A stretch of DNA of 64,000 nucleotides from the human T2T-CHM13v2.0 reference genome, Homo sapiens. Position numbers and translations under genes: made by a program. Under the pieces are notes generated by a model. The model was not told the DNA's origin. It worked only from the letters and a program-made list of their open reading frames with translations, and made no database searches. The first letter of the stretch is position 1; each line of letters begins with the position of its first letter. The stretch is from assembly GCF_009914755.1 (NCBI RefSeq), contig NC_060931.1. One strand, given 5' to 3'. Positions 1-15,452 of the stretch are shown in pieces.

Positions 1-141
1 GTCTTCACTGTGGCCAGACGAGAGTCACTCATCTTTGTGTTGAAAAATGTTATTAGACTTGAGATCGCCTTGGATGATATTCTTGGCATGGAGGTAGTTC
101 ATGCCCTGGGCAGTCTGCTGGGCCATGTCAATTAGCTGGAC
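1..141 (-). pseudogene. ARAFP1: Processed ARAF kinase pseudogene fragment (kinase subdomains VIa-VII); continues beyond the window start
   Basis: Reverse strand reads [35 protein letters not shown], then after a ~14-nt deletion [16 protein letters not shown] reads [57 protein letters not shown] + DLKS + ATVKT favours ARAF over BRAF/RAF1. No introns where RAF genes have them. Which ARAFP number applies is recalled, not verified. Confidence 0.85.
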
Positions 142-535
142 TATATAATATAATATATAATGCAACATAATATAATATAATATAATATAATATAATATAA
201 TATAATATATTATATAATATAATATACTGTGACATAATATATGTCAGACATAATATATAATGATGTCATAATATATTGTGATATAATATCATGTATTATA
301 CATACGATATATATCATAATACATTGTGATATCATAATATAATACATGATATATAATCATATATAATATATGGTATAATACATTGTGATATCATAACATA
401 AAATTTTGTTTTTTTGTATATGTTTTATGAAATAACAAATTATATATATGACACCGTATCTGACAAAATTTTATTATATTACATGATATTACATAATATA
501 TTGTGATATTATAACATATAAAATTTTGTCAGATA
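142..535. repeat. AT-rich simple/minisatellite repeat, (TATAA)n grading into CATAATACATTGTGATAT-type units
   Basis: Direct reading of the sequence. Confidence 0.9.
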
Positions 536-1258
536 ATCTTATGAGAAAACTGAGTTAAATTTTGTAACAACATTAACATATAAACTTAATAGAACCTAAG
601 AAAATTATCTGCTCTTGTGTAAATGACCATTTTTTCGATAACTCTGAAGGCCAGCTATGGGTGTGAAAGGGGTCTGCTACTTACTTTATGAGACATTGAC
701 CTCCAAATCTTTGCTGTTATTAACCAGTGCCCTTGCAAGATAAGAGAATATTTTACTCTAAGAAAGCATTTTCATAGATACCATAATAGGAATTTTGCTC
801 ATGTTAGTTAATAAATTATTATAACTTTTTTGGTTATTAATAGTTTGTCATTAAAATATACTTCTACAGATAACCCATTGCACAGGTGTTTTGATTCATC
901 CTTTAGCCACAGGTCAAATTTTAAAATGTTTATTCGTCAAATTTTATTTATTTTAGATAAAAGAGTCCTTGTATCTACCATGTGCTGTAAGATCTGTATG
1001 TTGTTAGAAAGACAAATTCTCAGACAAAACTCATGTCTATTTTGAAATTCTCAAACCAAGTTCAGGTCTATTTTTTTCAAAATCTAGATTTTACGTAATG
1101 TTTCTAGGTGTTTCCTTTCAATAAAAATCCAAACTAAAAGAAATAAAAAATGTATAGGTAATTCCCATGCATATCAATATTGTTAAGTGGGGTACTTTTA
1201 TTTTTACGAAAGGGATTGTTTATATGGATGTATTGATGTGTCAAACAGGTACAGTTAA

Positions 1259-1565
<307 letters not shown>

Positions 1566-1744
1566 GATTGGTCCTTTCAATGAGCTCACATCTTATTTTA
1601 AAAAAGAAAAACTAATTAAAAGATAAAGTCTGAGTAACAAATGGGTTCACGTTAATGATTATTAACTTGGGTACTTCTATTCTTAAAAGAAAAATTGTTT
1701 ATTATGTGTACTGATGTTTAAAAAGGTACAGTTAAGAGTAAACC

Positions 1745-2049
1745 TTTCTTTTTTTTTTTTTTTGAGACAGTCTCACTGTCACCCAGGCTTGTGTGTAGCT
1801 GCCCAATCACATCTCACTAAAGCCTCACCCTGCCAGACTCAAGGGATCCTGCTATGTCAGCATCCCAAGTAGCTAGGAATACAGGCATGCACCATCATGC
1901 CTCATTTTTTTTTTTTTTTTATTTTTAGTAGCCATGTGGTCTCACTATGTTGCCCAGGCTGCTCTTAAACTCTGACGCTCAAGTGAGCCTCCTGTCTTGT
2001 CATTCCAAAAGGATGGAATTACACAGGCTTAAGCCATTGTGCTCAGCCA
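1745..2049 (-). mobile_element. Alu (AluJ-like), second copy within a tandem duplication
   Basis: Poly-T followed by diverged Alu; flanks match those of the 1266 copy. Confidence 0.8.
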
Positions 2050-2302
2050 AGATTTTACCTTCAATTAGCACACATCTTATTTCAGAAAAAAATAATAATA
2101 AAGTCTGGGAAGAAAATGCATTGAAGTATGGATAAAACAAACTTGGCACAGGTTGTTGAGCCTGGGTAACAGTTGTATTATACTGTTTTATTTTGTATAT
2201 GTTTTAAATTTTCTGTAATAAAACATGTATACAAATACAAAGTTGATCTTCAGTGTTAGCTCTTAAGACCTTAGTGACTTTGAGGAGCAAAAAGAGAGAA
2301 AG

Positions 2303-5300
2303 TGGGGTTGCTTGGAACAGCTCCAGTCTGCAGCTCCCAGCAAGACCAATGCAGAAAGCGGGTGATTTCTGCATTTCCAACTGAGGTATCCAGTTCATCT
2401 CATTAGGACTGGTTAGGCAGTGGATGCAGCCCACGGAGGGCGAGCAGAAGCAGGTTGGGGCATCACCTCACCCGGGAAGTGCAAGGAGCCAGGGAACTCC
2501 CTCCTCCAGCCAAGGGAAGTGGTGAGACACTGTGCTATCCGGTCCAGATACTATGCTTTTCCCACAGTTTTTGCAATCCACAGAGCAGGAGATTCCCTTG
2601 TGTGCCTATACAAACAGGGGCCTGGGTTTCAAGCACAAAACTGGGCAGCTGTTTGGGCAGACACCGAGATAGCTGCAGGAATTTTTTCTTCATACTCCAG
2701 TAGCACCTGGAACCCCAGCGAGACAGAACTGTTCACTCCCCTGGAAAGAGGACTGAATCCAGGGCGCCAAGTGGTCTCGATAAGCGGGTCCCACTCCCAT
2801 GGAGGCCACCAAGCTAAGAACCACCGGCTCGAAATTCTCACTGCCAGCACAGCAGTCTGAAGTCAACCTGGGATGATTGAGCTTGGTAAGGGAAGGGGTG
2901 TCCACCATTACTGAGGCTTCAGTAGTCAGTTTTTCTCTGACAGTGCTAAAGAGGCTGGAAAGTTTGGACTGAGCAGAACTCAACAGAGTGCAGCAAAGCG
3001 GTTGTGGCCAGACTGCCATTCTAGATTCCTCCTCACTGGGCAGGGAATCTCTGAAAGAAAGGCAGCAGCCCCAGTCAGGGGGTTATAGATAAAACTCCCA
3101 TCTCCCTGGGACAGAGCACTTGGGGGAAGGGGCAGCTGTGGGCACAGCCTCAGTGGACTTAAACATTTCTGCTTGCTGGCTCTGAAGACAGCAGCAGATC
3201 CTGAAAAGGAGGATTCTCCCAGCACAGCGCTCGAGCTCTTAGACTGCCTCCTCAAGTGGGTCCCGGATCCCCATGCCTCCTGACTGGGAGAGACCTCCCA
3301 GCAGGAGTCAACAGACACCTCATAGAGGAGAGCCCCAGCTGGCATCAGGCCAGTGCCCCCTCTGGGACGAAGCTTCCAGAAGAAGGAGCAGGCAGCAATC
3401 TTTGCTGTTCTGCAGCCTCTGCTGGTGACACCCAGGCAAACAGGGTCTGGAGTGGACCTCCAGCAAACTGCAGCAGACCTGCAGAAGAGGGGCCTGACTG
3501 TTAGAAGAAAAACTCACAAACAGAAAGCAACAACATCAAAATCAACAAAAAGGACCCCCACGCAAAAACCCAAGCCAAAGGTCATCAGCCTCAAAGATCA
3601 AAGGTAACTAAATCCACAAAATGAGGAAAAACCAGTGTAACAATACTGAAAATTCCAAAAACCAGGATGCCTCTTCTCCTCTAAATGATCACAACTCCTC
3701 TCCAGCAAGGGCACAAAACTGAAAGGAGAATGAGTTTGATGAATTGACAGAAGTAGGCTTCAGAAGTTGGGTAATAACAAAACTCTTCTGAGCTAAAAGA
3801 CTATGTTCTAACCCAATGCAAGGAAGCTAGGAACCTTGATAAGAGGCTACAGGAACTGCTGTAATAACCAACAGTTATTATAGAGTCACCAGCTTAGAGA
3901 ATAACATAAATGACCAGATGGAGCTGAATAACACAGCATGAAAACTTTGTGAAGCATACACAAGTATCAATAGCCAAATTGATCAAGTGGAAGAAAGGAT
4001 ATCAGAGATTGAAGATCAACTTACTGAAATAAGGTAGGGAGACAAGATTAGAGAAAAAAGAATGAAAAGGAACAAAGCCTCCAAGAAATATAGGACTATG
4101 TGAAAAGACCAAACGTACAATTGATTGGTGTACCTGACATTGATGGGGAGAATGGAACCAAGTTGGAAAACACACTTCAGGATGTTATGCAGGAGAACTT
4201 CCCCAACCTAGCAAGACAGGCCAACATTCAAATTCAGGAAATACAGAGAACACCACTAAGATACTCCTCGAGAAGAGCAACCCCAAGACACATAATCATC
4301 AGATTATCCAAGGTTGAAACAAAGGAAAAAAAGTTAAGGGCAGCCAGAGAGAAAGGTCAGATTACCTGCAAAGAGAAGCCTGTCAGACTAACAGTGGATC
4401 TCTCTGCAGAAACCCTACAAGCCAGAAGAGAGTGGGGGCCAATATTCAACATTCTTAAAGAAAATAATTTTCAACCCAGAATTTCATATCCAGCCTAACT
4501 AAGCTTAATTAGTGAAGAAGAAATAAAATCCTTTCCAGACAAGCAAATGCTGAGGGATTTTGTCACCACCAGGCCTGCCTTACGAGAGCTTCTGAAGGAA
4601 GCACTAAATATGGAAAGGAAAAAACTGGTACCAGCCACTGCAAAAACACACCAAAATGTAAAGACCAGCGACACTATGAGGAACTGCATCAACTAATGTG
4701 TGAAATAACCAGCTAGCATCATGATGCCAGGATCAAATTCACGCATAACAATATTAACTTTAAATGTAAATGGGTTAAATGCCCCCAATTAAAAGACATG
4801 GACTGGCAAATTGGACAAAGAGTCAAGACTCATCACTGTGCTGTATTCAGGACACCCATTTTATATCCAAAGACACACATAGGCTCAAAATAAAGGGATG
4901 GAAGAATATTTACCAACCAAATGGAACACACACAAAAAAGCAGGGGTTGCAATCCTAGTCTCTGATAAAACAGACTTTAAACCAACAAAGACCAAAAAAG
5001 ACAAAGAAGGGCATTATGTGGTGGTAAAGGGATCAACGCAACAAGAAGAACTAACTATCCTAAATATATATGCACCCAATACAGGAGCACCCAGATTCAT
5101 AAAACAAGTTCTTAGAGACCTACAGAGAGAATTAGACTCCCACACAATAATAGTAGGAGACTTTAACACCCCACTGTCAATATTAGACAGAGCAATGAGA
5201 CTGAAAACTAACAAGGATATTCAAGACTTGAACTCAGCTCTGGACCAAGCAGACCAAATAGACATCTATATAACTCCCCACCCCAAATCAACAGAATATA

Positions 5301-7234
5301 CATATTTCTCAGCACCACATAGCACTTATTCTAAAATTGACCACATAATTGGAAGTAAAACATTCCTCAGCAAATGCAAAAAGAATGAAATCATAACAAA
5401 CAGTCTCTCAGACCACAGTGCAATCAAATTAGAACTCAGGATTAAGAAACTCACTCAAAACTACAAAACTACATGGAAACTGAACAATCTGCTCCTGAAT
5501 GACGACTGGGTAAATAAAAAAAATTAAGGCAGAGATAAAGAAGTTCTTTGAAACCAAAGAGAACAAAGACACAATGTGCCAAAATCTCTAGGACCTAGCT
5601 AAAGCAGTGTTAAGAGGGAAATTTATAGCACTAAATGCTCACATCAGAAAGCAGGAAAGATCTAAAATCAATGCCCTAATATCACAATTAGAAGCATTAG
5701 AGAAGCAAGAGCAAACAAATTCAAAAGCTAGCAAAAGATAAGAAATAACTAAGATCAGAGCAGAACTAAAGGAGATAGAGACATGAAAAAAGCCTTAAAA
5801 AAATCAATGAATCCAGGAGCTGGTTTTTTGAAAAGATTAACAAAATAGGTAGACCACTAGCTAGACTAATAAAAAGGAAAAGAGAGAAGAATCAAAGAGA
5901 CACAATAAAAAGTGATAAATGGGATATCAACACTGATCCCACAGAAATATGAACTACCATCAGAGAATACTATAAATATTTTTACGAAAATAAGCTAGAA
6001 AATCTAGAAGAAATGGATAAATTCCTGGACACATACATCCTCCCGAGACTAAACACGGAAGAAGTTGAATCTCTAAATAGACTAATAACAAGTTCTGAAA
6101 TTGAGGGAGTAATTAATAGCCTACCAACCAAAAAAAAAAAAAAAAAGCCCAGGCAGGACCAGACCAATTCAGAGTCGAATTCTACCAGAGGTACAAAGAG
6201 GAGCTAGTACCATTCCTTCTGAAACTATTCCAAACAACAGAAAAAGAAGGACTCCTCCCTAACTCATTTTATCAAGCCAGTGTCATCCTGATTCCAAAAC
6301 CTGGCAGAGACACAACAAACAAAGAAAATTTCAGGCCAATATCCCTGATGAACATTGATGCAAAAATCCTCAATAAAATACTGGCAGACCAAATCCAGTG
6401 GCACATTAAAAAGCTTATCCACCACGATCAAGTCAGCTTCATTCCTGAGATGCAAGGCTGGTTTAACATATGCAAATCAATAAATGTAATCCATCACATT
6501 AACAGAACCAACCACAAAAACCACATGATTATCTCAATAAATGCAGAAAAGGCCTTCAATAAAATTCAACACCCCTTCATGCTAAAAACCCTGAATAAAC
6601 TAGGTATTGAGGGAACATACTTCAAAATAATGAGAGCTATTTATGACAAACGCATAGCCAATATCATACTGAATGGGCAAAAAAGCTGGAAGCATTCCCT
6701 TTGAAAACTGGCACAAGACAAGGAAGCCCTCTTTCACCACTCCTATTCAACACAGTATTGGAAGTTCTGGCCAGGGCAGTGAGGGAAGAGAAAGAAATAA
6801 AGGGTATTCGAATAAGAAGAGAGGAAGTCAAATTGTCTGTTTGCGGGCGACAAGATTGTATATTTAGAAAACCCCATTGTCTCAGCCCCAAAACTCCTTG
6901 GGCTGATAACCAACTTCAACAAAGTCTCAGGATATGAAATCAATGTGCAAAAATCACAAGCATTCCTACACACCAATAATAGACAAGCAGAGGTCCAAAT
7001 AATGAATGAAATCCCATTTACAATTGCTACAAAGAGAATAAAACACCTAGGAATACAATTCACAAGGGACACGAAGGACCTCTTCGGGGAGAACTACAAA
7101 CCACTGCTCAAGGAAATAAGAGAGGACACAAACAAATGGAAAAAATATTCCATGCTTATGGATAAGAAGAATCAATATCGTGAAAATGACCACACTGCCC
7201 AAAGTAATTCATAGATTTAATGCTATTCCCATCA
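2303..7234 (+). mobile_element. LINE-1 (L1PA7/L1PA8-like), 5' UTR + ORF1 + ORF2 EN/RT, 3'-truncated and inactive
   Basis: 5' UTR ggaacagctccagtctgcagctcccagc. ORF1 remnant ~3620-4661 (QENFPNLARQANIQIQEIQRTP). ORF2 from ~4724: endonuclease (NIYAPNTGAP, GDFNTPL, SDHSAIKL) and RT ([26 protein letters not shown] decayed to FAGD at ~6840). Many stops and frameshifts. Ends abruptly at ...gctattcccatca. Confidence 0.95.
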
Positions 7235-7479
7235 CCCTGACACTTTTGATATCCTTCCTCTAGCAAGGCTGCATTGGGGTTGCCACCCTGATTCCTCTGT
7301 AAGAAAAAAAAAAAGCTAGCGGGTGAGGTAGGACTCAGGGGCCACGGACAGGACAGGGCACCCAGGCTGGCCTCCCCCAGGACCCTCTAAGGCCCCTGTA
7401 GGCAGGAGGGCTCAGTGGAGTTCCAGGACCCACTTCAAGGATGGTGCCTGTAGCCCCTCCCTGGACCTCCAAGAAGGGC

Positions 7480-7560
7480 CAACTCCCTCTGCAACCTGCA
7501 CCCACACAACTCCCTCTAAAAACTGCACTCACCCAACTCCCTCTGCAACCTGCACCCACT
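7480..7560 (+). repeat. 3 x 27-bp tandem repeat (caactccctctgcaacctgcacccaca)
   Basis: Units at 7480-7506, 7507-7533, 7534-7560. Confidence 0.9.
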
Positions 7561-8395
7561 GATCTCTTAGAGGTGAGCATCCATCCATCTTTGTGCACAT
7601 GGCTTTCCGCTTTAATTCCGCTGGATAGTCTCCTTGGCAGAAACACCCAGGGAATCCTGGGCCTGTGCTGGATGTTCTGTAAGTACCAAGGAAAGAGGGG
7701 TTTGAAAACTCAAGAATATAATTAATATTATTTTCTGCACTTTAATATCTCAGGGTTACTTTCCCTCCAAAATGTGTAAAAACAAATATTGAGATTTCTG
7801 TCCTTTCTATTATGTTAATTATGTCATCATACAAACCTTTCATTTTCCTGAAATTTATTTTTATACCAATCATTAAATTTTTGTTCTCTTCATTCAAAAT
7901 GTTACCTGTTTTAGAGACAAAATTTTGAACATTATATGCTTCACAAATTATATGTTTCACAATAGGAAGCAGCATTTTATTTATGTAATGACTAATGTAA
8001 TTAATAAGTTTATTAAACAAGTAAATAACTGAAGTAAACTTAGTTTGTATTACTTATATGAATTATTTTACATTTTATCTTTGATCTTAAAAAATTTTTA
8101 ACTAGGGATGCAATTCAAAATTGACAGATATTTTAACTCAGAACTTTGAACATAATATCCATTGATTTGTGAATTCTATGAAGATGCCAAATATGGGTTA
8201 AAAATCTCTTGTTGCTTTGTAGTTGATTCACATTTTATATTTCAATGATTTTAAATCATTTTGGTGTTAAGCTTTTTAGTTATTATGATGTTTTTAGATA
8301 TTTTTTGTACTTTCCTTGGTTGATGTTTTATTAGTTCTTCAAAATGTTTAAGCATGCCATATTTTCTCTATTTTGTTCAAAAAATCATTAGACAA

Positions 8396-8742
<347 letters not shown>

Positions 8743-8762
8743 TCATTTTTAACTTATTCTGA

Positions 8763-9101
<339 letters not shown>

Positions 9102-9199
9102 ATTGTTAGCTCATTCTTTTTCTTATACTTTAGCTCCTATTTTTTACTTTGCTCATATCCCTTATATTTATCTAAATATTTTAACTATGTATGTATATA

Positions 9200-9337
9200 T
9201 TTTTATTTTTGTATTTTTATAGAAATTACGTTATGCTATGTTGACCAGGCTAGCCTAAAACTCCTGGCCTCAAGTGATTCTACTGCCTTGGCCTCCCAAA
9301 ATGCTGGGATTATAGGCAAGCGCCACCATGCCTAGCT
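9200..9337 (-). mobile_element. Alu monomer (FLAM/left-arm-like)
   Basis: ctatgttgaccaggctagcctaaaactcctggcctcaagtg. Confidence 0.65.
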
Positions 9338-9964
9338 TACATATTTTCTGTACGTCTGCTCGGAATTCCTTGAAGTCTACTGGTACAAGTGTTTTATGAT
9401 TGTTGTTATTTTTGAACAAAATTAATTTTTGTGTCCTTTATTTTGCATATTTAAAAAAATTACGTTGTGTGATTATACTTGACAAGCCTGAACTGATAAG
9501 ATTTTCAGTTTTTTGGGTTGAGGGTTTTTTCCTCAAAAAAAAAAAATTGTCTTGGAATTTTTGTTTTCTTCTCTACATGAATCTGAAAACATTTAAATTA
9601 ACTTATTAAATTTTTCTCTATAAAAACTCCGGGTCAATTCAAACCCCAACATATCAGTACAGTTGGCCTTCCTTCCCAAATCAGCCAAGGCACGGACTGA
9701 CTAGCTTCCCTATTTATCTCACTTTGACTGCAGGCTTCATATTCTATCTCATTTTTCTTAGATTTGCAGAACCTTGAGGCCTTTGGCTTTAGTTAGGCTG
9801 GTCAGGTTCATCTCCCTTACTTTGATTCTAGTGTGGCACCACATCTACCCCTGAGAGCTGTAAAAACCCAAGAAATGATGCCCCTATTATTATCAACCTA
9901 TTGTAGGAAGCCTCACCCTGCCAGATGGACTGTCTCATCCTCCCTTCTTTCTGCTGCCTGTGCT

Positions 9965-10283
9965 TCTTTCTTTGTTTTATTTTTTTGAGATGGAGTCTCA
10001 CTCTATTGCCCAGGCTGGAGTGCATTTGCACTATCTCGGCTCACCACAACCTCCACTTCCCGGGTTCAAGCGATTCTCCTGCCTCAGCCTCCTGAGTAGC
10101 TGGGATTACAGGCACCCACCACCACGCCTGGCTATTTTTTTTTTTTTTTTTTTGTATTTTCAGGGGCAGACAGGGTTTCATCATGTTGCCCAGGCTGGTT
10201 TCGACCTCCTGAACTCAAGTAATCTGCCCACCTCAGCCTCCCAAAGTGCTTGGATTACAGGTGTGAGCCACCATGCCCAGCCC
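9965..10283 (-). mobile_element. Alu (AluS-like)
   Basis: Full dimeric Alu on the reverse strand. Confidence 0.9.
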
Positions 10284-10849
10284 CTTTTTTTTACTTTAGC
10301 ACTTAGAACTAAACTCTGCAGTTAAGCACTTGCTACATTGTCTAGGCTTTATGGTGTTTTTTTTCAATGGAACTATTTTTAGAACATGTAACTTTTCAGG
10401 ATATTCCCAGAATCCCAGATAGCCACATTTACCTTTGGAGGAATTGCTTATCAGAATAATGAACACAATTATCTTTAGAAAAACCATATGTCCCCAAGGA
10501 AAGTTCTAATTTTTTGGAGTATGTATTGTGCAACATTTTTAGTAGAATGTAGTTATGACAATGTTGCCATATGTTTCAAATATAAAATACTTTCTGTTAT
10601 GTATAACATAAGGATTTTATGTGATCATCATGCCTTTTTGCTGGGGAGAATGCACCTGTGTCTTGTTAGAATTGTTGATACTATTTTAATTGCTAATAAG
10701 AAAATTAATGATACCAAATCCTAGTCATTCTCAACAGTACTACTCTTTTTTATCTTAATTTCCACTTTTATCACATGCAATAGAAACGTTTTTAGAAAAG
10801 TGTTTGTTTTCTAGGTAAATACATTATCTTTATTATGCGTTGTTAATTT

Positions 10850-11800
<951 letters not shown>

Positions 11801-14229
11801 ATGCCTCTAGATTTTCATGGAGGTTAAGATGTAAGAATAAAAAGAATTGTTGAGAGAATACAGCTTTGGGTAATTCATGAATGATCCAATGTCTGATGAT
11901 CTTCTTTTGTAAGATGGGGAAGATTATTCTTCATGCAGTACTTAAAATTCATATTTATATTATAAAACAAATATAATATTCTATCTAAAGTGAGCTAAGA
12001 AGATATGTTAGTTAACTTTGTGCTTAATCCGGATGGAAGTCTGAGTCTACCTTCTCTCTTCCATGAATATGTAGTCAAGTCAAGGCACAAACATAATTTG
12101 AATAAGGACAAACACAAAATGACGGTAAATGAAGAAGGGTATGACAGATTAAAATGTGATGAAACAGCCCTGAACACGTACATAGAATTCACGATGTGTT
12201 ACGCACTATTCCAAGGCATTTGCACAGACAGTTTAAATAACACCTGTAAGACTAAAATAAACAACACAAACATTCATGTAAATGAGAAATTGAAACATTA
12301 AAAATAATATTAGGTGACATTAAACTGTCAAAAAATAAACTTTTTTTATATACAACAAATAAGTAAACATAAAGAGTGTTCATTAACATTTAAGACAGTT
12401 TGATTAGTTATTATATGAACAAATGGATAGCATTATTAAGTAGTATAAAGAGCATACATATTATTTTCAAATTCCATAGAAAAATATTTAAAATTTTAAA
12501 ATTTTGGATGCAAAATTATGTCAGTAACTTCATGAAAGTAGACATTCAATAGGTCATATTTTTTAGACATTGTGAAATGACATCTGAAACTGTGAATTAG
12601 AGTGTAACCCATAAACAACATCCAGCCACAGACAAGTTAAAGACCAAGTTGAATAACTATTAACTGTATAATAACTACATAACATTTTCAGAGGGCTCTT
12701 CTTTCACTGCCTCAAGAAAACCCTTTACATGCTCAAATTGCCTGCTTGACTTTGCTGCAGGATTTACAACACATACTTTAACCTTTCCCAGGCCTTTCTC
12801 AGTCCCTCAAAGATGTAAACCTTACCACGTATTTGAAATGTTAACATCCAGGTAATTAGCAAAACAGCATTGCAGCTGAAATCAAATTGAAAAAAAAATT
12901 GAAGGTTTTTAGACTCACCCTCAAAATTTTATTTCTCGGTTAGTACCTCTAGCTTAGGCAAGAAACATTTATAATGATGAATTTATTTGTTTTCTATCAT
13001 TTGTATGACTCTCGGACTTTTGGAGTACACATTTGGAACCTTTTCTACCCCATGGAAATTTTTTGTTCTTCTGTTTTACCGACCATTGCTTTCCATCTTC
13101 TGACTGGCCTTTGTGGGTTGATGGTAAACTGAGAAGTTGAGACACTAGAATATGTGGCCTGAAAATGTAGATTGCACCCCATTTGCAGGAAGCTGTTTTT
13201 AATAGGTGTTTTAATCATGGAAAAGCTACGCTTTTTGTGCTCTCTTTGGAGCTTTAGTTAAAGCCATGCATGACTTCTTGGATTTGGTCTCACACATGTT
13301 TATTTGTGTTGGTTTTGAGTCACTAGTTCAGGTACGCCTTTAATTTAAAATTTTGGTTCATATTTAGAGTGTGACAGAAATGTTTTGTTTTGTTTTTTTC
13401 ATTTAACCTTCTCTCCTGACATAAATAAAACCATATACTGTGGTTTGGAAGATAGAAAACATTTACTAAAAATTTCCGAAGACAAACAGCTTTAAATAGT
13501 AATTACCCTAGACCTCCAGTAAACAGAAATGTCCCACCTCCAAAATTTCATCTTGATGTAAACTTTAGAAAGAAAAAAACAAGTAATGTTTGCTATTTAC
13601 TTGGCTAAAATTTAATTTTAAAAAATTTAAGAGCTCTACAGTCAAAAGTCCACTTATAACTGATATTCAGGCTATTTATGTATATATTAATTTGAGGCCT
13701 GTGGGTTTTTTTATATAAGCTTCTCAGTCAACTCAATTCCTCTTTCCCTAAACTCATGCTAACTATGTGTGCTCCCTCTGTCTCTTCTCTTGCTCACATG
13801 ATTTTTGCCAAGGATAATGTAAAACTTTACTGGCTTTTTGGAAACCTAAATCTTCTCAAACGGCCTTTTCTAGAATTAACTCTTCTGTTTACTTCTATCT
13901 ATCTCATCTTCCTTTTGCGACCTTTTGGTACCATGTGAGAGAACCTAAAGGAAACTTCTAGCAGCCTTGGACCCCTTGAAGAACACAGATAAAGCACCAC
14001 AGGCTTCTCCGTCTTTGGCAGGGTACCTCTATTTTTCCTCATGGAGCCCCAAGAGTTGTGGGTGGACAGGTTGCTCTCAGGTCTGAAGCTCTACTCTTTT
14101 ACAATGAACTCCTGCATCTCTAGGGCTTTTAGATACATACATGTGTAAGCTATATTTTGTGTCTACATGTATGTATATGTCTATCTACGTGTTTGTATAT
14201 TATCTACATGATATCAAATTAACTTAAAT

Positions 14230-14664
<435 letters not shown>

Positions 14665-14801
14665 TTATCTTGTATGGTCAAAGTTGATTGAGATTAGATA
14701 CACCTATTTATAAAGTTTTCTTAAAGGTTTATTTCACAAAAACAAAAGATATTTAGATCTGTAAGTAAATACATCCTGTTCCACGTTAAAAGATGTTTCC
14801 T

Positions 14802-15098
14802 GCTGGGCGCAGTGGCTCACGGCTATAATCCCAGCACTTTGAGAGGCCAAAGCAGGCAGATCACTTAAGGTCAGGAGTTCAAAACCAGCCTGGCAAACAT
14901 GGTGAAACCCCATCTCTACTAAAAATACGAAAAATTAGTTGGGCATGGTGGCACTCGCCTGTGATCCCAGCTACTCGGGAGGCTGAGGTAGGAGAATCAC
15001 TTCAGCCCAAGAGGTGGAGGTTGCAGTGAGCCGAGATTGCACCACTGCACTCGAGCCTGGGCAACAGAGCAAGACTCCATCTCAAAAAAAAAAAAAAA
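14802..15098 (+). mobile_element. Alu (AluS-like)
   Basis: Full Alu with target-site duplication aaaagatgtttcc. Confidence 0.9.
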
Positions 15099-15452
15099 GA
15101 TGTTTCCATTTAAAATCCTACGTTTCTAAAAAATCATAAAATATGTACTCATAAATTGTTAGTATATGACTAATAGTTAAAATTGCTTACTTCTTAGAAT
15201 TTCACTATGAGTTAAAATTACTAAGAATTAAAATTCTGGTTAAGATATAACTAAAACTATTGTTAAGAAGAGAAACAATTCTACATAGAGTGTACAAAGA
15301 AAATAAGATGTGTTTCTTGGTGAAAAAATTTATTTTAAAAAGGAGACATGAGGATGTGATTTTTTCTTAAAAGGCAATTTTGGTGAGTTTAGAGTTTATT
15401 TAAAGGTTGCATAAAATTGAAAGAATAAAAGCCAAAGAAAATGAGATAAACT

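Noticed and set aside
4100-7214. L1 ORF1/ORF2 fragments as active genes
   Set aside because: Multiple stops and frameshifts, decayed RT catalytic motif, 3' end missing
7480-7560. CRISPR-like array or other prokaryotic system
   Set aside because: Repeats are contiguous with no spacers, and the whole window is primate Alu/L1-rich DNA
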